IMG/VR virus record: IMGVR_UViG_3300025108_000047
Coordinates: 1 to 60,318 of that record
Length of the DNA: 60,318 bases
Strand: one strand, 5' to 3'
Origin: a virus
Lineage: Duplodnaviria; Caudoviricetes
The notes below the pieces were generated by a model. The model was not told the DNA's origin, ran no database searches, and was given only the letters and a program-made list of their open reading frames with translations. Position 1 is the stretch's first letter, and every line of letters starts with the position of its first letter. Position numbers and translations under genes: made by a program. Of this stretch, positions 18,396 through 27,487 are shown piece by piece.

Positions 18396-19682
18396 TTAAA
18401 TTAATGATGTGAATTTAGTTCTACTTGAGTCAAAGCTCATATTAATTTCTCCTACACCTATGTTACGACCTTTTGCAAATATTATTTGCGCAAGTCCAGC
18501 AGCGTCAGTTCCGTCTTCAAGTGATGGGATGTTGTAGTATTCTGGTCTAAATAGTAGACAAACTATATCCGCTGCTTGTTCGATTTCGCCTGATTCTCTC
18601 AAGTCTGACATTGTAGGTTTTGGATTGCCTCTAAACGAGACACCTCTGTTTAATTGCGATAAAGCTATAACAGAGATATTAAGTTCTTTTGCAAGATTTT
18701 TGAGCGTTCTCGCAACCATTGATACTTCTTGTTCTCTTGTTCCGTTCTTTTTTCCTTGGACGGAAACGAGTTGGAGGTAGTCGATAAATACCACCTGCAC
18801 ATTGTCATTAATAGCATATTTTCTAATTTTTGCGGTTAAATAACTTAATGATGTTCTTTTACAGTCATCAATCTTTAATGGTAAGTCTTCAATAACGCCT
18901 ATAGCTTTGTTGATTAATTTCAACTGCTCTTTATCTATTGCGCCTTGATTTAATTCTCTTAAAGATATTCCTGACTCTATACTTATAATTCTTTGTAATA
19001 ATTGTGGAGCAGACATTTCATAACTAAATACTGCAACTGGGTGTTTAGCACGTACAGCGTTATACGCTACGTTTAGAGCAAAGCTCGTTTTACCCATAGA
19101 TGAAGCAGCACCTATTATTGTTAAGTCTGTTGGTTGTAAACCATTAGTGAAATTGTCAAGACAAGAATAACCAGTTGTTACACCAGTTATCCCGTCCGTA
19201 GACATACGTGTTGTTAAGGTTGTATAATAATCTTTTAATTGACCTCCGATGTTTTCGTCATTAGACGACTCATCAGTCTGTATAATTTCTATGCCTTTCT
19301 TAAGCTCGTCAGAAATTGTATCCAACGGTTCGTTTTTTTGCATTAAATTATTTATGTTCAACAAAAGATTGCCCATAGTTTGATATTTACTTCTATACGA
19401 TAGGTCTTCTATCAATGAATTAAAATCAAAACTTGTATAACCATAAGATTCACAGTCAAACAAAACACTAAGAGAGTTTTTATCCATGCCTATTTCTTTG
19501 CCTATAGTAACCATATCTATCTTAGTCCCAGACTTGTGAACTTTCTTTATAGCTTCCCAAAGAAAACTATAGTTAGGTTCGTTTAACTTAATTTTCATAA
19601 GTCTGTCTTCGTCTTTGATAAAAAGCTCAGGGCTTACTAAAACTTTGCCTATTAAAAACTTTTCTCTTTCTGTATTTGTCAT
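18396..19682 (-). CDS. dnaB: Replicative DnaB helicase
   Basis: GAASSMGKT, FSYEM, IDYLQL, LSQLNR, DLRESGEIEQAAD. Confidence 0.95.
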   Translation of the reverse strand: MTNTEREKFLIGKVLVSPELFIKDEDRLMKIKLNEPNYSFLWEAIKKVHKSGTKIDMVTIGKEIGMDKNSLSVLFDCESYGYTSFDFNSLIEDLSYRSKYQTMGNLLLNINNLMQKNEPLDTISDELKKGIEIIQTDESSNDENIGGQLKDYYTTLTTRMSTDGITGVTTGYSCLDNFTNGLQPTDLTIIGAASSMGKTSFALNVAYNAVRAKHPVAVFSYEMSAPQLLQRIISIESGISLRELNQGAIDKEQLKLINKAIGVIEDLPLKIDDCKRTSLSYLTAKIRKYAINDNVQVVFIDYLQLVSVQGKKNGTREQEVSMVARTLKNLAKELNISVIALSQLNRGVSFRGNPKPTMSDLRESGEIEQAADIVCLLFRPEYYNIPSLEDGTDAAGLAQIIFAKGRNIGVGEINMSFDSSRTKFTSLI

Positions 19683-19696
19683 AATGTTTTATTTAT

Positions 19697-20212
19697 TTAA
19701 TTATATAAATGTTTATCTTGTGACTCGCAAGGCTCTTTACACTTACTGCAAGACGATTCATAATCATCGTCCCAATCAACTTCTTCTTCACAGCAGTCAG
19801 AAACGTATATAATTTCTCCCTGACTATGGTCAATGTCTCCGTCTGAATAATGAATAATACCACAAAAAGCCATTCCTGGTTCTTCGTATTCCATTTCCAT
19901 TGTTAAATTTGGAAACATTTTTGCAAGACTTTCAAAAAATTGTATAGGAGGAGACCAAGCGGTGTCAAAAGTAACACTAAATATTGAATTTTCCATATAT
20001 AATTCAGCATCATATATTTCCCACTTAGTACCCCAGTTTTCTACATTCCAACCATACCAGTTTTTTTCTTCATGTTCTGGTCTTGGGACAAACCAACCCA
20101 TTTTAAAATCATCACAAGTTCTGTGGTCGTTTACTTTAAATGAAGTATAAAATTTAATCATGTCTTTTTTAGTTCCTTGAACTTCAAGACGATTCCAACA
20201 CCAATTTGGCAT
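19697..20212 (-). CDS. DUF1281/Api92-like ferredoxin-fold protein with C-terminal Cys cluster
   Basis: MPNWCxN, NWGTKW, FDTAWSPP, YEEPG. Confidence 0.75.
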   Translation of the reverse strand: MPNWCWNRLEVQGTKKDMIKFYTSFKVNDHRTCDDFKMGWFVPRPEHEEKNWYGWNVENWGTKWEIYDAELYMENSIFSVTFDTAWSPPIQFFESLAKMFPNLTMEMEYEEPGMAFCGIIHYSDGDIDHSQGEIIYVSDCCEEEVDWDDDYESSCSKCKEPCESQDKHLYN

Positions 20213-20214
20213 AG

Positions 20215-20478
20215 TTAATCTAATAAAATCATATAGGCTTCTGGATTGGCGCGCCTAAACCATTGCAGTCCTTCTGCGTGTTCATTAAGAATTTTGTTAT
20301 CATCTAAGAACATTCCTTTTTCAAATAAAATACTACAACCCATAACAAAATCATACATGGAAAGTTCCACGGCAGTTAGCCGTGTCTCTTCTCCAGTAAA
20401 TCTATTTGCTACAACGTCTCCCTCTTTATAGAGTTCTCCGTCAAACCATTTTGGTAATTCTTGCATTTTCTTTTTCAT
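20215..20478 (-). CDS. Conserved phage hypothetical protein
   Basis: NRFTGE...ELSMYD...WFR..NPEAYMILLD. Confidence 0.65.
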   Translation of the reverse strand: MKKKMQELPKWFDGELYKEGDVVANRFTGEETRLTAVELSMYDFVMGCSILFEKGMFLDDNKILNEHAEGLQWFRRANPEAYMILLD

Positions 20479-20482
20479 AATA

Positions 20483-20743
20483 TTATCCTATTAATTTTTC
20501 GTGAGCTTCATGTTCTATATCTTCATAGAAGTCAGCTTCTATAAAGTGCCAAAACAAATCTGTAATGTCTGTGGTAATCCACAATCCATTTTTATCTTTG
20601 GACTGTAAATGTACTTCTGTGACCTCTACTTCTTTATGTTCGGGAAGCTCATGTGTGGCTGACTCATAACGATAAGTATATGATATAATCATTTCGTAAT
20701 TCTCATCTGAGACTAAAAAGTCTCCTGATATTTCTCTATTCAT
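20483..20743 (-). CDS. Acidic hypothetical protein
   Basis: 86-aa ORF in operon. Confidence 0.55.
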   Translation of the reverse strand: MNREISGDFLVSDENYEMIISYTYRYESATHELPEHKEVEVTEVHLQSKDKNGLWITTDITDLFWHFIEADFYEDIEHEAHEKLIG

Positions 20744-21002
20744 TATCTTCTTGATTTAAAGTTTCTTTTAATTTAATGAAAGCTGAATCAATCATTTTAT
20801 GTGTAATGTCTACAGCTGCTAATGTTTTATCCTTTAGATTTCTTTTAGGTTTTATTTTATCACCTATTTCTGGATAAGTTTTAAGCACAGACAGCACAAT
20901 ATGTGTTGCTTTGTTTTCATTTTCTTCGTCTTTAAAAACGTTGTTTGCGGTTAAGTTGTCAACAATTTCTAATGCAATGCTGATGTTTGTGATTTTTTTC
21001 AT
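20736..21002 (-). CDS. Hypothetical protein
   Basis: 88-aa ORF in operon. Confidence 0.55.
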   Translation of the reverse strand: MKKITNISIALEIVDNLTANNVFKDEENENKATHIVLSVLKTYPEIGDKIKPKRNLKDKTLAAVDITHKMIDSAFIKLKETLNQEDNE

Positions 21003-21059
21003 AATTTTGTATTGATTTTGTTTTAATCTATTTTGATAATTGATTCGATTAGTTTTTAG

Positions 21060-21092
21060 AAAGAGAGGTGTGATTCCCTCTCTTTTTTTTTA
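21060..21092. terminator. Intrinsic terminator-like hairpin
   Basis: AAAGAGAGG-TGTGATTC-CCTCTCTTT followed by a T-run on the + strand. Confidence 0.6.
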
Positions 21093-21407
21093 ATAATTTG
21101 GTTTAAGATGTGCAGTTCTTTGCTCTCTTTCTAAGTCTTCCAACTCGCATTCTATAAATGGTGTTCTAACTTTTGGTGCTTTAACTTTTTCAAACATCAC
21201 CTCTTTAATCTTGTTAGACTTTCTTACATGATTAGCTAATGTGTTAACTACTTTATAAACATGATTGCACAATTCTTTTTGCTTATCATCTAAATTGTCT
21301 CCAGGTTCTATTTCCCAGACTTCTCCGTAATTAATTTTTTGATTTTCAAAGTTACCAGTGTTAATGGTAACAGATTGATTGCTAATAATTTCTTTTACTT
21401 TAGACAT
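21090..21407 (-). CDS. Hypothetical protein
   Basis: TINTGNFENQKI motif; 105 aa. Confidence 0.6.
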   Translation of the reverse strand: MSKVKEIISNQSVTINTGNFENQKINYGEVWEIEPGDNLDDKQKELCNHVYKVVNTLANHVRKSNKIKEVMFEKVKAPKVRTPFIECELEDLEREQRTAHLKPNY

Positions 21408-21417
21408 AATTTTTACT

Positions 21418-21816
21418 TTAATATATTGTTAAAAATTTTTTTGGAGTTCCTTCAAAGATTACTTTTTCACTATAAGTGTCATAAACTTTAATTGTTATGT
21501 CATCATGATGAACATATATATAATATATATATTCTTCTCCGCAATCATCTGCATCTGGATGCATCAAATAAATACCTCCAGGCCCATTTTTAAAGTGGGC
21601 AAACATTTGTGCTGCTAAACAATCTGTCCCGTTTGCAACTTGTATTTCTTCGTCTAAGCTTATACCATTTACAACACTAAACTTAGATAGCCATTCTGCT
21701 AAGTCTACTCCGTGTCCTGACATATACCCATCGTATTGACGATACATAGTTGTTAATACTTGTTCTTCGTTATCATCATATTTTTCTATGATTTTTGTTA
21801 AACTTCTTGTTCCCAT
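21418..21816 (-). CDS. Conserved phage early protein (MGTRS...YDGY)
   Basis: MGTRSLT, MYRQYDGY.SGHG, EEYIY. Confidence 0.7.
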   Translation of the reverse strand: MGTRSLTKIIEKYDDNEEQVLTTMYRQYDGYMSGHGVDLAEWLSKFSVVNGISLDEEIQVANGTDCLAAQMFAHFKNGPGGIYLMHPDADDCGEEYIYYIYVHHDDITIKVYDTYSEKVIFEGTPKKFLTIY

Positions 21817-21835
21817 AATATTTTATTTTTATATA

Positions 21836-22264
21836 TTAAAATGTTTGTTCTATTAATTTATGAAAATCCTCTACTGAAGCAACAGCTTCTTTCCAGTCAT
21901 TGTTTTTCTGACAAGCCTTAACCATTTGCAACATTGTGTATGAGCCTAGCTTAACTAATGCTGTGTCTGAATTGTCACCTTTATTAAGTTGACTATACTC
22001 AAAAGCTCCAACCATATTTCCTATAGTCATAACCTCTAGTAAATTTTGTGGGTCTAAATGGTATAAAGCACCAACCCAAATGTCTGAACGTTTCGTCATT
22101 TTTTTACCCTCTAAAGAATCTAAAACGTATTTTTTAAAGTTATCTGCAAGTTCAGATAATCTTTTGTTATCAATACCTATAGCTTCTGATAGGCTATCGC
22201 TTTCAGAGCTTGGTTTAAATTCAGATAATGTTTCTTGATAAAATTTCTTAAATTGATTTTTCAT
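21836..22264 (-). CDS. Hypothetical protein
   Basis: 142-aa ORF. Confidence 0.6.
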   Translation of the reverse strand: MKNQFKKFYQETLSEFKPSSESDSLSEAIGIDNKRLSELADNFKKYVLDSLEGKKMTKRSDIWVGALYHLDPQNLLEVMTIGNMVGAFEYSQLNKGDNSDTALVKLGSYTMLQMVKACQKNNDWKEAVASVEDFHKLIEQTF

Positions 22265-22277
22265 AATAATTTATTTT

Positions 22278-23255
22278 TTAATTAGTTTCTAATAATTGAT
22301 TTTGTGTAACAGACTTTAAAAGTTTAGAAAGAAAAGCTTTTTCTTTTCCATTTTTAACCCACTTAACCTCTAATAAGTTTTTAATGTTTAATAAGTCTTT
22401 AAGGTTTTGAGTTGTTTCTAGTCCTGAACCTAGTCCACTTGAGGCGTTGCCATCTAAAAAGTTAATCCAGTTTGTAAAGCCATAAGACCTGTAGAGTCCA
22501 GGGATACCAATACAGGCAACCCTAGACACGTCAAGTTTTTCACTAGCAGACTTTAACTTAAAGGTAAAGCCTTGCTCGTAACTTCCAACTTCAACTCGTT
22601 TATCTTTATGTTCAAATGTTCTTGTAACATTATGAGCAACACAAAGAGCCAAGACTTCTACAGACAAACCACAACGTTGTAACATATCTACTGCAACAGT
22701 AGTTAATGCCGCAAGTCGATTGAGTTGTTTTTCTGTATGACCACAAGAAACAGAAAAGTTGACAGCAAGTCTGACTACATTTTCTTTCTTACCTTTAGTC
22801 ATGGACTGCCAGTGTTCAGGGTCTCCTGAAAGAACTCTATCTATATCAAGCTCTGAGCCTGAGTCTGAAAACTTTCTTCTACGTTTAAATGACACAGCTC
22901 TACGCATTGATTCCTCTATTCCATCCATGCTTAATAATATATCTCTGTATTTAGATATTTGTTTAAGAGTTTTGTTGGAACATTCACCACTACGCAAAGC
23001 TTCTGTTGTAGAATCTAAGTCTGGAAACTCTGTACCAAAAGTCCAGTCGTCTCCGTCCCTATCTTCTAAGTATTTTTTAGACTTGCCCGTAAGAGAGTGA
23101 CTAATCATTTCGCTTGCATTATCATAGTGTATGATTTCTGCACCGCATATATTATGAGATTTATCTCCTTTCTTTTTTTCAAATATAACCTTGTCATATT
23201 CGTATGGTACGTTTTTATCTTTATCTAATCTTTTCTTTATCATGCTATATTGCAT
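22278..23255 (-). CDS. vWA-like partner of the MoxR-type AAA ATPase
   Basis: G.ELDIDRVLSG then a beta-strand/xSxS MIDAS-like segment; directly downstream of the AAA gene. Confidence 0.6.
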   Translation of the reverse strand: MQYSMIKKRLDKDKNVPYEYDKVIFEKKKGDKSHNICGAEIIHYDNASEMISHSLTGKSKKYLEDRDGDDWTFGTEFPDLDSTTEALRSGECSNKTLKQISKYRDILLSMDGIEESMRRAVSFKRRRKFSDSGSELDIDRVLSGDPEHWQSMTKGKKENVVRLAVNFSVSCGHTEKQLNRLAALTTVAVDMLQRCGLSVEVLALCVAHNVTRTFEHKDKRVEVGSYEQGFTFKLKSASEKLDVSRVACIGIPGLYRSYGFTNWINFLDGNASSGLGSGLETTQNLKDLLNIKNLLEVKWVKNGKEKAFLSKLLKSVTQNQLLETN

Positions 23256-24447
23256 TAATTATTTCATCCATTTTTATTTTAGACTTTTCTTCAGAAGACC
23301 AGTCTATCATTAGATTGTTTATAAAATCTTTAATAGACTTTCCAGAAGACACTTGTCTTTGACCAGATATAAATACACGAGTACTTATTACTCTACGTAT
23401 CTTCTTATCTAATACAGCTTTTCTTAATTTATTAAGAGCAGTGTATAGAAAGTCGTCAGTACATATCTTCTTTTCTAGCTTTTCGTCATAGTTAACTACA
23501 ACTTTAGAGGCTGAAAATCTGTCCATGAAGGCTGCGTCCATGTAGTTTCTACCCGCGTATTCTATAGAGCCAGAACCCCACGTGTTACCAGCACATATAC
23601 ACATAAAGTCTTTGTGTCTTTTTGCTGATGGGTTATCTTTCCTATTAGGTACAGACATAGAACCATTGGCTAGTGCAGAGTTAACGACTAACAAAGTGTT
23701 AGCGTCTGCCGCATCTATCTCGTCAAACAAGAATATGCCACCATTCTCGTAGCAGTCTACAAAGTCTGACATAACGTAAGTGCCGTCAAACAGCATACGT
23801 CCCAACAAGTGAGCTTCTGAAAGACCAGCAGAACATGAGATATGTTTGAACTGAAGCCCTAATGCTTTAGCCACTTGTGATGCCATGTGTGTTTTTCCTG
23901 AACCTGACGGGCCAGCCACAAATACTTGTCTCTCCATTTCACAGAAATATAGCACGTCTTTAAAAGCCTTGTGTAAGCTTTCTTCTAATACAACTTCTTT
24001 TCTGCTAGGAATGCGTACTAGAGTAGGCTTTAATTTAGCCACCTCTTTCTCAACCTTAGCATTAATCTGCTTATTGATGAGTTCTTCGCGTTGTCCTTCT
24101 AGTAAGTTTTGGACAGCGTTACTTATTACAGCTCCCAGGTCAAGACCTAAGTCGATTTTCATTTGATTTCCTTCCATTGATTGTGTTTGTTTAGGTGTTG
24201 TTAATTCTTCAGTTTTTGCAGGAGGGTTTGTTTCTTCAAACAAATCTTCTACAGTTAAAGGCTCAGTATCTTTAATATGCTTGTGTATATCTTCTTCTGA
24301 TGTAAAGCTTTCTATTGCATATATTAAACCTGCTTTACTAGCCCTATTAACTGCTTGATAATTGTCAATTAGATAGTCTATTGCGTGAGATTCTCTTCTT
24401 GCAATTTTTCTAAGTCTGTCTACTGATAATTCTTTTAATTCTTTCAT
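23245..24447 (-). CDS. MoxR/CbbQ/CobS-like AAA+ ATPase
   Basis: GPSGSGKT, LFDEID, AGNT.G.G..YAGRN.MDAAFMDRF. Confidence 0.9.
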   Translation of the reverse strand: MKELKELSVDRLRKIARRESHAIDYLIDNYQAVNRASKAGLIYAIESFTSEEDIHKHIKDTEPLTVEDLFEETNPPAKTEELTTPKQTQSMEGNQMKIDLGLDLGAVISNAVQNLLEGQREELINKQINAKVEKEVAKLKPTLVRIPSRKEVVLEESLHKAFKDVLYFCEMERQVFVAGPSGSGKTHMASQVAKALGLQFKHISCSAGLSEAHLLGRMLFDGTYVMSDFVDCYENGGIFLFDEIDAADANTLLVVNSALANGSMSVPNRKDNPSAKRHKDFMCICAGNTWGSGSIEYAGRNYMDAAFMDRFSASKVVVNYDEKLEKKICTDDFLYTALNKLRKAVLDKKIRRVISTRVFISGQRQVSSGKSIKDFINNLMIDWSSEEKSKIKMDEIINAI

Positions 24448-24452
24448 AATTT

Positions 24453-24746
24453 TTATTTATATATTTTAGCGAATGATTTGAATAAGTCTCCTAGAACAGA
24501 TGTCTGTTCTTCTTCAGAGTCTTGTTTTGTAACCAGGGTATACTTAGCGTATGAAACTGGTTCGTCAAACTTATTCTTAGACGTAATTGATTCTGACTTT
24601 ATATTGTGTCCCTCTTCTTTTAGATTGAAGATGACAGCGGCAAGTCTCATAATGCTGTAGTCAAAGTAAGCCTGACGTGGGTCAATGCTTCCGTAAGTTT
24701 CTAGGTGTCTTAACACTCTGTCCTTTTGATTTAATTTCTTAGCCAT
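24453..24746 (-). CDS. Winged HTH (HTH_39-like) protein
   Basis: QKDRVLRHL..GSI....A...Y.IMRLAAVI..LKEEGH.I. Confidence 0.7.
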   Translation of the reverse strand: MAKKLNQKDRVLRHLETYGSIDPRQAYFDYSIMRLAAVIFNLKEEGHNIKSESITSKNKFDEPVSYAKYTLVTKQDSEEEQTSVLGDLFKSFAKIYK

Positions 24747-24750
24747 AATA

Positions 24751-25068
24751 TTATTTTTTAAGATTATATTCTAAATTTCTAGTTTCATCTATGAATGTTG
24801 TAATATTTTCAAACAGCTCTTCTTCTGTCTCGCCATACTCTTTGTATAGTTCTATATACTTGAGTGTTTGAACAAGTAGCATATTAGCACTGTCTGCAAT
24901 ATTACCTATTGCATTTATGTATGATTGTTGCATCTCTTCGATTTCAACAAGTTGTTGTTTATGAGCCACCTCAATTTCTTTGAGGAGTTGCTCAAGCCTG
25001 ATAATTGATTCCATATTATTTAGTTGTTTTTTTGCTGTACGCATATTTATTAATTGTTGTAAATACAA
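24751..25068 (-). CDS. Coiled-coil hypothetical protein
   Basis: ORF in the early operon; start uncertain. Confidence 0.5.
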   Translation of the reverse strand: MYLQQLINMRTAKKQLNNMESIIRLEQLLKEIEVAHKQQLVEIEEMQQSYINAIGNIADSANMLLVQTLKYIELYKEYGETEEELFENITTFIDETRNLEYNLKK

Positions 25069-25258
25069 ATCCTGATATTAAGCCGACAAACAAAGCACCT
25101 TGTGTGCCAGTTGTTGATGTCAGAGCTATAATACCCATTGTATATAGTATATCTACGATTAGTCTCATAGTTGGATTACGTAAAGCCCATTCTGCTTTAG
25201 TGTCCTTAAGCATCCAGTATGCACCGAATGCCGTTCCGATAGCTGATAATAATATCAT
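25016..25258 (-). CDS. Multi-TM membrane protein
   Basis: MILLSAIGTAFGAYW...; ATG 25258 follows the stop of the upstream mini-ORF. Confidence 0.6.
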   Translation of the reverse strand: MILLSAIGTAFGAYWMLKDTKAEWALRNPTMRLIVDILYTMGIIALTSTTGTQGALFVGLISGFVFTTINKYAYSKKTTK

Positions 25259-25259
25259 A

Positions 25260-25436
25260 TTAGTTAACTTTTTTATTGGTTGAACGTTTCTTTTTTTGAG
25301 AGACATCGAAATTCTTAAGTCTTTCTTTTTGTCTCCTCCACATCTTCTCTTTATGTATTTCTGATAACATTAAGATTAGAAACCATATCGCACATATAAG
25401 TACGAATGTTGCAATAATTGATTGTAATTGTGACAT
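25260..25436 (-). CDS. 58-aa membrane-anchored basic protein (not in ORF track)
   Basis: Hand translation MSQLQSIIATFVLICAIWFLILMLSEIHKEKMWRRQKERLKNFDVSQKKKRSTNKKVN*. Confidence 0.55.
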   Translation of the reverse strand: MSQLQSIIATFVLICAIWFLILMLSEIHKEKMWRRQKERLKNFDVSQKKKRSTNKKVN

Positions 25437-25553
25437 AATGATATTCCCTGTTCTTAGTTATTGTATACTCAAGGGTGATGTATTTAGGTATACTATTAGT
25501 TTGCTCCCACACTCAATATTCTCTACGTGAATGTGGGTTAATTTGACAGTAGG

Positions 25554-25790
25554 TTATGCAAAGTAATTGTTAACCTGTATGTCTAATACTTGATTGACGT
25601 GTTCGTCAAACTTGTTATCGTCTATTGACAATAGTGTTGAGGCTGGTGTCATTCTCGTTGAGAGGTCTTTGACGTTAGCCTTGACGTAGTTAAAGTTGTT
25701 AAACTTTGGCTCAAAGTCTGTTGCCTTGAGAATCTTGTATGTCCACGTACCTGGTACGTTAATGACATGGTATCCGAAGATTGTTTTCAT
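25554..25790 (-). CDS. Early hypothetical protein
   Basis: 78 aa with an A-rich leader. Confidence 0.6.
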   Translation of the reverse strand: MKTIFGYHVINVPGTWTYKILKATDFEPKFNNFNYVKANVKDLSTRMTPASTLLSIDDNKFDEHVNQVLDIQVNNYFA

Positions 25791-26069
25791 AATTATTTAA
25801 TTGATTGATTTAGTTACTATTTATTTAGATGATTGATAATTTATTTGTTATTAAGTTTATTAACATAGACTTGTTTTTGTCACAAAAAACCCCGAACTTT
25901 GGTGGGTAAGAGGTCTAGTATTACTTATTATGTAGTGAACTTCTAAATAACATAACGACAGTTATATTCTTGTTATTACACTACATTTTTATTATAAGTC
26001 TCTGATAATTAGACAGTTATATGTTATTATCCACATAAAACGTATTAGATTATATGATAATATAGGTGA

Positions 26070-26318
26070 TTATAGAGTATCACTCGCTGTCTTAAACAGA
26101 TTAAATTCTATATTATAGTAGTTATCTACTAGTTTATTTGGGATAAATCTGTCTATTAATGAGATGTTATTAGATTTATTAGGTAGAACAGTATAGCCGA
26201 CAGACTCAAGTTGTCGTTTTCTATAGTTAAATACACGTCTCATCTTCATTCTTTGTTCGTTAATAGCTTGTACCTCGTACGTAGTATTAACTTTCTTGTA
26301 GTTGATTCTTGTTCTCAT
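26070..26318 (-). CDS. Early hypothetical protein
   Basis: 82 aa, 2 nt downstream of the previous stop. Confidence 0.55.
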   Translation of the reverse strand: MRTRINYKKVNTTYEVQAINEQRMKMRRVFNYRKRQLESVGYTVLPNKSNNISLIDRFIPNKLVDNYYNIEFNLFKTASDTL

Positions 26319-26320
26319 AG

Positions 26321-26740
26321 TTATATAGTCTCAATAGAGTATTGTGAGTAAGTACTTCTATAGTTATTGTACTTAGCTCTGGTTGTTATTGTGAAGTATC
26401 TGTTGCCTTGGGCTGATAGCTTCGTGAGTATTAGTATTGGATTGTCTGGTGTTCCCATTGACTTGATATAATCTATCATTGTATTTAGATTACGTTTCTG
26501 CATGGAGTTCCAGATGTCTTCCATTCTCCTTGGTAGGTGAGAGTAGAAGTGTACTGGTAGTTCTTCCCAGTCTCCTTTGCCGTTGAACTTGTGGTTAACG
26601 TCTAGGTTTGCTTGGATGTACCTTTCTCCTTGGTTGTCATAGGCCACCTTAGTGGTTGATTTACTAAAGCTTTCGCTGTAGTTGTTTAGTACTTGGCTTC
26701 TTACGATAGCCTTTACTGGTTGATACTTTTTAGTATACAT
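26321..26740 (-). CDS. Early hypothetical protein downstream of the hammerhead ribozyme
   Basis: 139 aa; ATG 18 nt 3' of the ribozyme. Confidence 0.65.
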   Translation of the reverse strand: MYTKKYQPVKAIVRSQVLNNYSESFSKSTTKVAYDNQGERYIQANLDVNHKFNGKGDWEELPVHFYSHLPRRMEDIWNSMQKRNLNTMIDYIKSMGTPDNPILILTKLSAQGNRYFTITTRAKYNNYRSTYSQYSIETI

Positions 26741-26758
26741 AGTTTACTTTATTAAGTT

Positions 26759-26809
26759 ACTGTTTCGTTCTTTTGAACTCATCAGATAAGATACTCATCT
26801 TATTACAGT
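26759..26809 (-). ncRNA. Type III hammerhead ribozyme
   Basis: Minus-strand RNA ACUG-UA^-AUAAGAU-GAGU-AUCUUAU-CUGAUGA-GUUC-AAAA-GAAC-GAA-ACAGU: full core, three perfect stems and a GUA cleavage triplet. Confidence 0.92.
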
Positions 26810-26862
26810 GAGTAGTTTTGAATCTTACTCAGGATTATTGATTTACTTTTAGTATTATCAAT

Positions 26863-27072
26863 TTACTTTTTGATTTTACTTATAGTATGTTTAGTTAGTA
26901 TTTCTACGTTTGCTAATAGGTTTCCTATGGTGTAACCTGCTTGTCTTCTACCTGATTTATGTTTTAGGTAGTAAGCTGCTGAGTGGGTCATACCGTCTAT
27001 GAACCCTTTAGTTTTGTTGCCTCCTTCTTGATACATTTTTGCCAAGAGGATAGCTTTTTCTTGATTTGTCAT
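26863..27072 (-). CDS. Early hypothetical protein upstream of the ribozyme
   Basis: 69-aa ORF. Confidence 0.55.
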   Translation of the reverse strand: MTNQEKAILLAKMYQEGGNKTKGFIDGMTHSAAYYLKHKSGRRQAGYTIGNLLANVEILTKHTISKIKK

Positions 27073-27083
27073 AATAGTTTTAG

Positions 27084-27260
27084 TTATTTAGTTTTGTTTA
27101 TTACTTCGTTAATAATTGGTTTTAGTTCTTTAAGTATGTTTAGTATTAGTATTCCATTTTCTTTTAGATATTCTGGAGTTACTTCTACGTTTACCTTGAT
27201 GTTTTCTATTTTAACCTCTTCTGAGATTTGTAGATTTGATAATTCGAATGATGTTTTCAT
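27084..27260 (-). CDS. 58-aa early hypothetical protein (not in ORF track)
   Basis: Hand translation MKTSFELSNLQISEEVKIENIKVNVEVTPEYLKENGILILNILKELKPIINEVINKTK*. Confidence 0.55.
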   Translation of the reverse strand: MKTSFELSNLQISEEVKIENIKVNVEVTPEYLKENGILILNILKELKPIINEVINKTK

Positions 27261-27286
27261 AATAGTTTAATTTGATTTGGTTTTAT

Positions 27287-27487
27287 TTATTTAATTAGTG
27301 ATTTATAATAGTGATAAGCTTTTACTATTGGTATAGTTATTAGTGCTTCTATTGTTTGTAATATAAATGGGATTGGTGTTAATATTAGTAAGAGTAGTTC
27401 TCCTAATAGTTTTAACAATGTTTTTAATGTGTTTGTGAATCTGACTTGTGTTGATGAAGTCATTTGTTGTAGTGCAATTTTAAGCAT
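27287..27487 (-). CDS. Hydrophobic early protein (first gene of the minus arm)
   Basis: 66 aa with a hydrophobic central segment. Confidence 0.5.
   Translation of the reverse strand: MLKIALQQMTSSTQVRFTNTLKTLLKLLGELLLLILTPIPFILQTIEALITIPIVKAYHYYKSLIK

Noticed and set aside
19253-19276. Second hammerhead-like core on the minus strand (CUGAUGA-GUCG-UCUAA-UGAC-GAAA) inside dnaB
   Set aside because: No nearby strand forms stems I and III with an NUH triplet; the sequence is explained by codons for TDESSNDEN.
25445-25490. Resemblance to the preQ1-I riboswitch 3' half (CACCC...AACUAAG)
   Set aside because: The conserved 5' GGUUC/UAG segment is missing and the downstream gene is unrelated to queuosine.
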